This document shows positions 1-12,100 of a stretch of 64,000 bases of DNA, one piece after another. The DNA comes from Mobula hypostoma (taxonomy: Eukaryota): assembly GCF_963921235.1 (NCBI RefSeq), contig NC_086108.1:82400001-82464000 (forward strand). Reading direction: 5' to 3'. Within the stretch, counting starts at the first letter, position 1. Each line of letters starts with the position of its first letter. Below the pieces are notes generated by a model. That model saw only the letters and a list, made by a program, of their open reading frames with translations, ran no database searches and was not told where the DNA came from. Both the position numbers and the translations under genes were made by a program.

Positions 1-10
1 TTCCCTGTAG

Positions 11-166
11 TTCATCTCTATTATTGCAATCTCCATTATCCTATCTTTGAAACTGATGAGATGGCTGGAGATGAGGAACTGTCGCAAATTGATTTTGAAA
101 GTTCGCTCAAGGAGGGAAAAATCTTTAAAAGACATGAGAACCATTATGGATAGGATTAAAACAATG
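11..166 (+). CDS. FAAH-like copy 1, N-terminal (membrane-anchor) exon
   Basis: [52 protein letters not shown], then gtaaga donor. Clearly homologous to the paralogue exon at 62403 (WRWMERRNC...RREKALREM). Preceded by ttccctgtag. Confidence 0.8.
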
Positions 167-3100
167 GTAAGAGCTTAAGACTTCTAGCATCTTCCTGGTT
201 ATCAACAGAAGGCCCTGTTTGGATTTCAGCGTTTTCTTGTCTATATGATTAAATTATATTCCTAAATAAACCTTTTGAACAATTGTGAAATAGTGGATAA
301 CTGCTGGCAAATATCCATAGTTATCAAAAATGATTCTGGGGATTATCAATGTTGTCTGGACAGATTTGTCATCTGGAGTGTGCTGAGAATTTTAGTAGCT
401 TTAGAAATAGGTAGGGTTGGTAACCCAGCCTTTTTTTTGGCTGTTTACATCATGAAAACAATTTGTCTTCATTTGGGAGAATGACCCTGTAGAATTGTAT
501 ATTTGCATGGGATGGATTGCCCCTAATCCACATTCTTTTCAGATTCAGCATGAGGAATTATAAAATCACCAACTTTATTTGGAGAAAGAATTTGTTTTTC
601 CTTTAGACAAATGCTTCATTACCCACATGTGCCAGCATTTGCCCATATCATACCATTAAGATTACCTTCTACCACTAGCTTACCACTGTCATCTTGCATA
701 AGTGTACCTCAATTGTGTTCTTGCCACAGAAGTCATTCACCATGTGGAAGTGTTGCTGACCTCAGTAATTTGTACAAGATCAGAAAAGCCAGGAAACAAG
801 TTTTCTGCCTGTTTGTTATCATTGTATTATTGGGATAGGGCAGATTATGTCAGTCACCAAACCTTCCTGGACCTGAACATTGTTTACTGTAATCTCTGCC
901 GCAAAGTTCAAAGTACAGTCACAACGTAAAAAAACTGGCATATAAGCATTTGAGTTGATTTAAAAGTCCTCGTTAAGGTCACATTTCAGGTGTTTTTGTA
1001 CAACTGTACTGCTCACAACTGCCTGGTGTGTGGCTTTTGGCTTTTGTAGACTCCTTATCACGCATGTCCCATGTCTCCTGACCATCCACCAAAATTTACT
1101 TTGACAAAATCACACGTTTCTTGACATAAACAATGACACAGGTTAAATTATGTTTGAAATCCATATTGTGCTCACCCTCATTTTTAAAGCTAATCAAGTT
1201 GTAAGTATACTAGAATATGAATCTATAGTTTGAGGTTAAAGAACCAGCCATGGAGGATTGTGATGAGGAGAACATTCTTTACTTAGAGGTTTATAAATCT
1301 TTGGCAATCTCTATCCCAGAAAGCTATGTATGCACAGCCATTGAATAGGTTCAAGATTAGGTCTGATTTTCCACTTAAACTCTAATTAGATCAAGGAACA
1401 TGAAGGCTGAAAAAAGGAATTCAGTTACAGGATGAGCCATACTATTATTAAATAGCATAGCAGGCTCAAAGAGCTTTTCTGTCTTTTATCTTCATAATTA
1501 TGCAGTTGTAAGTTCAGAAATATTATTTTGCATCTTATCAAGATTGTTGGGATCAAAGACTACTGCATGCTTTCCTCACAGGGAAGTATTATTTGTACCA
1601 CTTTGCTCGATCCATTTTGGGCCAGAATTTCTATATATCAGCCCAGTTAAAGAATATACAAGATTAAAAGATAACCTTAAAAAAATTACCTTTACATTTG
1701 TCACATGTACATCGAAACATACAGTGAACTGCACTGTTTGAGTCAAATCAGATTAGTGAGGATTGTGCTGGGCAGCCGGCAGGTGTGGGCACACAGCATA
1801 CTCACAACGCACAGAGCCTAACCCATATGTCTTTGGACTGTGGGAGGAAACCCACACAGTTACAGGGAGAACACACACATTTCTTGAACTGAGCCCTGAT
1901 CTTACAGTTGACTGCTGTATGACGTTGGGCTTATGACTATGTGGCTGTGCTGCTAATTCTGAATGAGGACGCACCATATCACCCATTTCAGTTTCCAGTT
2001 AATGCCTTCCTCACCCCAGAATGTAATAGCTTCTTAAATGATTTTAGATTTTTGCATCTAGTATTCTTTTTAGAAGCTGACATCACATAATTCCAACATA
2101 CTGCAATTAGAATTTCTTCACAGTGATTTTAAAATTATAGTGTAGTAATTTGAAGCGATCGTTTCTCTTCTCACAGTTTATTTTTTTCAATGCTTTTAGC
2201 GATATTCTATGCCGCTGTAATAGGGGTGATTGATAAGTTCGTGGCCTAAGGTAGAAGGAGTCAATTTTAGAAAACGTAGCACACTTGTTTTTCAACATAG
2301 TCCCCTCCTACATGTACACACTTAGTCCAGCGGTCGTGGAGCATATGGATCCCTTCTTTGTAGAAGTGGTCCACAGCAGGGGTGATTGGTAAGTTGGTGG
2401 CCTAAGGAAGAAGGAGATGAGTTCTACAGCTCTTGTTACATGCACACGCAGTTCAACTCTTTGAGTGAAAATGAAGAAAGTCTGAAGTTTCTCCTCATCT
2501 ACTTCTGCTTTAGGCGACAAACTTATCAATCACCCTTGCTGTGGACCACTTCTGGAGGTCCAAGACGCCGACTGCTACAAAGAAGGGATCCGTATGCTCC
2601 ACGACCGCTGGACTAAGTGTGTAAATGTAGGAAAAATAAATGTGCTAGGTTTTCTAAAATTGACTCCTTCTACCTCCTTAGGCCACAAATTTATCAATCA
2701 CCCCTCATACAATCATGTCCCATACACTTCCTTTATAAACAGAAAAGTCCACTTATTCTCATGTTTACTTCAGAAATTAGTCTCTTAGGTTTTCTTTGTG
2801 CTATTTCCATTGTTTGAACCTCTCTTACTACTTGACAAACACAACTAAACACTATGGTCTCACCTGAGGAATATCATTTTGATTACCACTTGATGTATAT
2901 TCTATTGTTTTGGTCATGTAGTTCAACATACTGCTTAACTCAATTTGGATTGGACATGTTTGGTGCCAGATCCCTAAGGGTGTGAAAATTGTTTCAACTT
3001 CATATTTTGTTATTGCTGTACCATTCACGGGATATAGTATTTATCTTACCTCGTTTTGTGCAGTCTATGTTTTCAGTAGCATAAGGGTGGGACAGCTGGG

Positions 3101-6100
3101 TAATGGTTAGTGTAATACTGTTACAGTGCCAGTTTTAAGACCAGGGTTCCATTCCCACCACTGTCTGTCGGGATTTGTATACTGTCCCGGTGACTGTATG
3201 TGTTTCCTCCAGGTGTTTCAGTTCCCTCCCACATTCTGCAGCTTAGGGTTAGTGAGTTGTGTCCTGCGATGTTGGTGCTAGAAGTGTAGAGACTCTTTGG
3301 GCTGCCCAGCACAATCTTCACTGACTGGGTTTGATACAAACAAGGCCTTTAATTGTATGTTCCAATGTCCATGTGACAAGTAAAGCTAATCTTTAATTCT
3401 TCATTTTTCATTCCATCATTACCTGATTCTTTAAATTTATGTATAAATATGAAGGCATCTTTCTGCACTGACCCAAATGGGAAAATAAAGTAATTAACAT
3501 TTTGAAATAGTTAAATTCACATAAAATGAAGTGCATTTGCCCAAAATGATTAGTGTAATTTCTGACATTGTAAGTGGAATTGTAACCAAAGGGAAATTTT
3601 AATACTTCATCTAAATCTACTTTTCATTTTATCAGCTGACTAGACCTAAGGGTATATGAAATAATTAGAGTTATGATGAAACAACTTTCTCTGAGGTATG
3701 ACCTAATTGCCTGCTAGCTAATGACAGTTCTTTCATGGCAGTTAGACCTTTGACCCAGAGGTTATGGGCTCAGGTCCCACTCAAGATACTTAAGTGTGTT
3801 TAACCAAGACCTTTCCTGCTCCCTCAAGTGGACACAACCTGATACCATTTTGAAGGACAGTAACGTTCAGTGTGTAATTCCAATAATGGGGTGGACTGGG
3901 GGACAGAGTTCCTTTTCTGATGGATGTTTTCCCACCATTTTTCAGCATATGTGGTCTTTTTTTCTTTTCCAGTGCAGAAATACCTAGAATTACTGGAAAC
4001 AGTGTTGGTGCTACAGAGTAACACCATCCATGTTCCTATATACACAGTCTCTGGGCTTGCCCTTCTGATATTGAAAGAAACTGATAGAAAATAACATAAC
4101 CCAACTCATTCTATTTTCTCTCTAGGATACCTTCCAAACAAAAATTGACCATGAACTCCTTCTCTCGCTTCGTGATCTCTGTAAATCAATACAACTAGGG
4201 GACGTATCAGCAAGCTACGTACTGCATGCCTACATGGAGAAAGTAAGAGAAACGCCACCTTTCATTTTAGATCACAAGTATGGAGCCCCTTTCCATCCCC
4301 TCAGGTGCTCTCCATGTCTCTCCTAAGGTGACTGACAATTATTGTAATGTGACTCTGCAGGCAGCCGCAGAGCTCCGTCAGTCTCCTGTTTTCATCCTTT
4401 GCATAGATGGTTGGTGCTAATAGTATTGCAAAGATTTCACGAAAACGTTTGGTGCCAGATTGGGTTTGCAGAATAGGCAGCAATCTAATAATCTAACTAC
4501 TGTGTTAGCTGCTGTTCATAACTGATATCTTACCACTCCTGAGAGGCACGTAGTCAGCTGTCTGAGCATGAGAGGCGGAAGGCTGCTGTGGCTCAGGCGT
4601 GATTTTTCCTGAGAGGTTTGCTGCTAGTGACCTTTAGGAGATCAGGTAAGCAAAAGCCCCAGCTGCAGTCTGTAGGAATTCGTAAACCCAAGAGATTCTG
4701 CAGATGCTGAAAATCTTGCGGAACACACACAAAGTGCTGGAGGAACTCAGCAGGTCAGGTCACACAGAGTGCTTTGCTCCGTCTGCTATAAAAGGTGGGA
4801 TTTCCCGGTGGCCACCCACTTTCCCATTCTCATTCTGACATGTCCGTCCTTGGCCTCCTCCACACTGATGATGCGGCCATTCTCATGATGGAGGAGCAAC
4901 ACCTCATATTCCGTCTGGGTGGCCTCTAGCCTGATGGCAAGAACATCAATTTCTCTAACTTCCAGTAATTTATCCTCTCCCCTTCTCTCTTTTCCCATTC
5001 CCCATTCTGGCTTCTGTCATACCCCTTCTCCTCACCTGCCCATCACCTCCCTCTGGTGCCCCTCCTCGTTCCCTTTCTCCCATGGTTCACTATCCTCTCC
5101 TATCGGATTCCTTCTTCTTCGGCCCTTTACCTCTTCCACCAATCACCTCCCAGTTTCTTACTTCATCCCCCTCCCCCACCCACCTACTTCCCTCCTCACC
5201 TGCTTTCACTCATCACCTGTCAGCTTGTACTCCTTCTCATCCTCCCACCTTCTTATTCTGGTTTCTTTCCCCTTCCTCTCCAGTTCTGATGAAGGATCAT
5301 GGCCTGAAATTTTGACGGTTTTTTATTCTCCATAGATGCTGCCTGACCTGCTGAGTTCCTCCAGCGTTCATTTATTGTCTTTATCTATTTTATTTACAGA
5401 TACAGTGCAGGACAGGCCCTACCAGCCCAACAAGCTGCATCACCCGTTTAACTCTAGTCTAATCACAGGACAATTTAACCCACTAACCGGTATGCCTTTG
5501 GATTGTGGGAGGAAACCAGAGCACCCAGAGAAAACCCACAAGCTCATGGGAAGGATGGGCAACCTTCTTACAGACGGTGCTGGAATTGAACTCTGAACTC
5601 TGATGCCCTGAGCTGTAATAGCGTCGCGCTAACCTCTACACTGCCGTGGCGTCTTGTGTGTGTTCCTACAGACTGCAGTGTCTCAGTAGCTTCTCAGTCA
5701 TTGGCATATTTCTGGCACTCTGATCAATGGCTAGCAAGTGCTATCGTCCTGGTAGAGGGCAAGGTGCTCTTCTTGCAATACATGACTGTCCAGGGTGGAG
5801 AAGGTGCTAAGAACCCAGAGCAGAATGGGTAGCCCTGATAGATTCTGCTATGCTAGTTGCAAACTCCTGCAAGAAGGGAGCCAGATTTAACTAGTGAGGT
5901 CACAGCACACCCCCAGGTTCACTGCAGATTATTGATGTCATTTACCAAAACCTTTCTCTTCCACAGTTTCTGTCTAGCCAGAAACTAACAGAGTGAGTTG
6001 TAAAGGTAAGAAACGGCAAGTGTGAGATGTTGCATTTTGGAAGGTAAAATGTAAGTTTGGTGAGTTAATGGCAGAACCGTTTACAGTATTGATGTACTGA

Positions 6101-9100
6101 GGGATCTTGAGGTTCAAGACCATACCTCCAGGTAAGTGGCAAATCAAGGAGATCAGGTGTTAAAGCAGGTACACTACACATTGTTCCTGTGCATCACAGG
6201 AAGCCAGAAGTCATTAGACAGTGTTTTAACATCAGAAAGCTGAAAGAAATTGAACACTGTGAGCAATTTGCAGCCAGCCTTGGTGACAAGCTGATGTCCC
6301 ATGGACCCCTCACTGGAAGCACAACACAAAGATATTTAAAACTGTGGTGACGGGATCGGCAATATCGATGCTCCGGCTGAAAGGAGGCATCACAAAGACT
6401 GGTTCGAAGAAAGTGATAAGAACATTCCCAAGATACTGGCAGAGAAGCAAAAAGGCCTTTATCGATGACAGGATGCTTCAAACACTTCCAGAGCCAGACG
6501 CAGGCTTCCCTGCACAGAATGCAGGATGAGTGGTGGGAGAAGAAAGCAGAAGAGGTCCAGTGATATGCTGACACCAAGAACTTCAAGTTATTCATTAGTG
6601 CTATCAAGGAAATCCTCAAGCCGCATATGACCAGGCACCATACCTTTCGTGTTATCAGACAGCACAACCTTGCTCAGGACAAAGAGCATCAACGCCAGGT
6701 AGAGGGAATCCTTCAGCTACCTGCTCAACAGGCCCTCTGATGTTCAGCTGGTTCCACTCAACCAGATCCTGCAGAAACCTCTTATTGACACCCTTGAATT
6801 TCCTCGTATGTTGGATGAGTTGAGGAAAGCCATTGCTCAAACGAGCTCTGGCAAATGGGCGCTGTTGTAGTGTAGCGCTTAGCGTGACCCAGTACAGCTC
6901 GGGGAGCTTGGAGTTCAATTCCAGTGCTGTTTTGTAAGGAGTCTCTGTAGGTCCTCCCCGTGGATTCTGTGGGTCCCCCCCCCCCCCCCCCCGCTGCTCT
7001 GGTTTTCTCCCACAGTTCAAAGACGTGCAAGGTAGGTTACTTGGTCATTGTAAATTGTCCCGTGATTACGTGATTAGGTTCCAGTTAATCGACCTTGTAG
7101 GGTTGCTTGAAGGGCTGCAAGGGCCTACACTGCACTGTATCAAAAATAAATAAATGAATAACCCTCCCACCACATGCAGGATGAAATTCCCACCAAGATC
7201 TTCGAGTCACCAAGTCTATTTGCAATCAAAACCTTCCACAGCATTCTGACAAGCACCTGGGAAGAAGACATGCCTAAAGACTTCAATGATGCTACGATCA
7301 TTTCGCTCTTGGAAAACAAAGGAAGCAAAGCTGACTGTGATAACTACCGAGGCACCTTTAGCTTGTTCATTAAGTTTCTGGCCCATATAATTCTTAACCA
7401 TCTAATCAGCAGCATATCAGAAGAGAACCTCCCTGAGATGCACTGTAGTTTTCCCTCCGGTCGCAGCACCGTCAACATGATTTTCACTGGGTTCAGGAAA
7501 AATGCATAGAACAAAATTTGAACTTGTATACTGTTTTCATAGATCTGACCAAAGTCTTTGTCACAGTCAACAGAGAAACATTGTGGACAGTATTGTCAAA
7601 GCTGGGATGCTTTTGCAGATTCATCAATGTCATTCGCCTCTTTTATGACAATATGACTGGCCTCATCCTTCAAACGGAGACGCTTCAGAGCTATTCATTT
7701 CAAACGGTGTGACGCAAGAGTGGGTGCTGGCCCCTATGCTTTTTAACCTATTCTCCACATGTGTGCTGAACTAGGCCATCAGAGACCTTGAACAAGGAGT
7801 GTATCTGAAGTTCAGGCTTGATAGATCACTCTTTGACCTGCGTCATCTGAATGTTAAGTCAAAAACGATTGTGAAGTTTGTCCTTGTGGTGCTTTATGCT
7901 GATGACTGTGCCCTAAATGGCCCACCCAGAGCCTGATATCCAACTCATTGTCAACAGCTTTGCAGGAGCCTCTCATCTCTTGACCTCACAATCAGCCTGG
8001 TAAAGATGAAAGTCCTATTTCTGCTATTGCCCAATGAGGGAACTAAACTGAATGCAGTAAATGAATTTAGGTCCTTGAGCAGCATCGTCTCTAGTGATGG
8101 CTACCTGGACAAGGAAATCAATGCCAGGATTTGCAAAGCCAGCCAGAACTTTGGGCGCCTGTGTTCATGCAAGTTGAACCAGCTCAGCATTCATCTATCA
8201 ACAAAGCTCAAGGTGTACAATGCCGTCGTCGTTAGCAGTCTCCTTTGTGGCTGTGAAAGATGGACTGTTTACAGAAGACATCTTAGACAGCTAGAGTGCT
8301 TCCACATTTGTAGCTTGAGGTAGATGCTAGGTAGCTGCTGGCAGGGACAAGTCACAAATGTTGACAGAGTGAAGACCATGAGCATCAAGGCCATGATCCT
8401 AAAAGCCCAGCTTTGATGGACAGGACATGTCATATGCATGGAGGACTCCAGAACCCCAGACAGCTATTTCTGGGCAAGAGGGGCTAAGGTTGGCCTTTGC
8501 AAGAGGATCAACTCCAAAGCAACTGGAGCAATGCACACAAGACTCGACTGGGTGGAATGCCTTGGTATCTCCCACGTAAACTTTGAGGAGAGGCATCATG
8601 CAGACATGTTGGATGCCCGAGAGTGCCGAAAGGCAGCAGTAGCAATCCCTCCATCTGACTCAGGACAGTTCCCGTGCCCTCACTGTTGCTGAGCTTTCCA
8701 TAACAGAAAAGCTGCACTAGAGCGACCGTCATCGTCAGATTCGATGGATGACCATCATTATATGTTTGTCTTCATTGCTAGGGTATAGACTATAAGAATC
8801 GAAAAGTGAGGATGCAGTTGGTTAGCCATACTCGGAATGCTGAATGGAGTTCTGGTTGCCCTATTGCTAGACGGATGTGGAGAGGGTGCTGCCTGCACCA
8901 GAGGATATTAGTTATAAGGAGAGGTTTGACAAACTTGGATTGTTTTCCCTGGACCATCAGAGGTTGAGGGAAGACGTAATTATTTCATAAAACTATGAGG
9001 TGTAGATAGGGTAGGCGGCGAGACTCCTTTTCCAAGAGTAGGAAAGTCATATGCTTGAAGGGCGTAGCTTTAAGCTGAGAGAAAGAAAGTTTAAAGGAGA

Positions 9101-12100
9101 TGTGAGTTGTAAGCTTTTTATACAGAGTATGACATGTGACTGGAATATGCTGCCATGCGTTGTGGTGGTGGAAGCAGATACAATAGTGACATTCAAGAAG
9201 CTTTTAAATAGGCACGTGGACAGGCAGGGAATGGAGGGAAATTGAGGGATGATGTGCATGCAGAAGGGATTAATTGAATTGGGCATCATGGGTCAAAGTC
9301 ATGTTCCTATGTTATATGTTTTATGTCCTGTACTCTATGTTCATAAAAGAGTGACCTGCAGAATGATGATGATGATATGTGAGGAAGATCTTTATATTGC
9401 ACCATGCCATAAGATCAGCAATTCCCATACATTTTGTGAGTGTAAGTAAGAAGGCAGAATTAAAACATAATAAAAAAGAGCTACCTTTGAAGGCATGCAG
9501 ATTTGTTCTGGTCGTATTTTTTTAATTTTAAAAATAGAATTTTTACATGTGGCTATGCTCAATTGGTATTTCTATATTGTTCTCTCGACAGGCTTTGGAA
9601 GCCACAACAAAATTCAACTGTATCACGGAATTTCTTCCAGAATGCCAAACACAACTCTTGGAATTGGAAGATAAGAAGGAGGGATTACTGTACGGAATCC
9701 CCATCAGCATCAAGGAGAATATTAGCCTCAAGGTTTGAAATGTTATGGGAAAAGCATTGGTTATTAAGTGTTATAGTCCTTTGGAATTAGTTTGGGTTTG
9801 TATGCACAATTTGCTTAAGTTAAGTGAAAAAGTCAAGAAGACCTTTAAAGCATCAAAGTACATATAATTTGTTGACTGAAAATGATCAGCTTTTTGCTTT
9901 TGTTTTCTTCCCTTACGTTCAAAAGTTATTCATTCTCTTGCCAGAATTTCCTTATGCAGGATTCAATCACTTTCTGACATCTGTAAGGTATTCATGAAGG
10001 AGCCTCGGCATTGAGCATTGCCAAGCCTGTACTACTACGAGATCACCATTACCAAACCTAATCGTATCCTAGCCCAATGTCTTTGCACCTGCACTTCCAT
10101 CAGTGACGACTTCTTTCCTCTTCTTACCCTAGCAACGCATCAGGCCAAATGCAATGCTGTTACCTGCATCTTAACTGAAGTCTGTTAACTTACCACACAG
10201 GCCAATTTCCTGATCTCTGTAGTTCATTGAGGAAACTAAAATTTCATTAAGTGTATTTTTGATGTAGCATAGTGTAACAAGATTAAGCAGTTATACATTG
10301 CATAGTGTCGCAACATTTGCCTTGTCATTAGATTATGTAGTCATAGAGTTATACAGCACAATAACAGGCCTTTTGGCCCAGTGTATCCATGACAACCAAG
10401 GTGCCTGCTTGAGTTACTTCCATTTGCAGCATTTGACCCGTCTTTCTCTGAACCAGGGATTCCCAGCCTGGGGTCCACAGACCCCTCTGTTAATGGTAGA
10501 GGTCCATTGTATGAAAAAGGTTTGGAATACAGTACCTGCTCTAAACCTTTCCTATAATATATTTGTCTAAATGTCTTTTAAACTTTGTAATTATACCTGA
10601 ATCTATCACAGCTTGTTCAACATACCCACCACTTACAGTGTGAAAATGTCAGGCTCCCTTTAAAATTTCCCCTCTCTTACCTTAAATCTATGCTCTCTAG
10701 TTTTAGAATCCTCGAACTGGAAATTCAATGTTGCTCTTATCATGAAATCCCTGTCAAATACAACCAAATACTGAAAGGGTGTGCATTTGAGCAGAATCTT
10801 TTACAAGCAGAGATTGTCACAAAATAATATGCAATCAATGAGGTCCTGTTAAAGTGCAGTTATTGTAATGTAATTAATGAGGCTGCCAGTTTACACAAAC
10901 TTAACTCAGATTCTGAAAGTCTGCTTTAGCAATGTTGATTGACGAGTTAATATTGGCTAGGAAACTGATGTTACTACTCCCTCTGCTGTTTTTCAAAATA
11001 ATGTTGACAGGCCTTTAACGTGCACTTGTCTGCTCAAAGACAACGCTTCTGGCAGTACACCGCTCACTCAATTCTGCACGATAGTGCAAGCCATGGTTTT
11101 GTGCTTAAGTCTACAAACCAGGATCGAATGCGCGCCTGTTGACTGAGAGGAGACAAAGAAAACTTAGCATGGAAACTAACAGTTGTTCTTCTCCCTTTCC
11201 ATAAAATTGCTTTTTGCAATGCAAAATTTTACAGTATTTTTAAAGGCAATATATAGAGCAATATAAACAGTATAGCTAATGCTATTCCAATTTACACATC
11301 TTTTACAGTGGCTCTCGTGAGCTGAATGTTTCCAGCATTACATTTTTATTTCACATTTCCAGCAGCATTATTTTGCTGTTTTACCAGTGTAACTAATCTC
11401 TTCTGTCACTGGAAAAGGCCTTGTGACTAGTTGTATCATAATGGATGAACTAGTACACTATCAAAATCTAACACTTAAAGCAATTTTAACATGAGGCCGA
11501 TCCAGGCAAGAATAACATCCCTGAGGCTGGAATGTGAGGGGTTGTTGACTTTAACTACCAGGCTTCACTTCAGTACAATTGATGGATGGGCTGCTCTCAT
11601 ATGACCATACCTGGATCCAACAGTCTGGTTTCCAGAGTCACACTGAGCCCCTATTCAGAAGAGGGACAGCACCTTGAACAGAAGGGTTACGATCTCGATT
11701 GAACAAGGCTGGAAACAATTGTGCCCAGACTGAGAGTCTTCTCCCTGGGGTTGTCATCAGTTTTACTCATGGCTTTTTAAGGTTCTTTTGGCATGGGATC
11801 AGGCAAGGAAGGGATAGCATTCTCCCAAATGCCGCTTGGCTTCCAAGGACTTGAACAAAGTCTGATACAGCCAAAATCACCAGCTTTGACCACAGGATAG
11901 TGCTACAAGGTAAGCAGAGGTTTATTCCCCTCACAGATTAAAAAGTGGAATTGGCTTCTCTTCTAGACTGTTTCCTCAGCAATAACACTCTGCACATCTT
12001 ACTTCACTTGCTCACTATAAACAATCCACTTGTACTACATCCTTCAGAGAAGAATTCAACTGCAACCCTCACTCCTTCATTCCACATATGGCCTTGCTTC

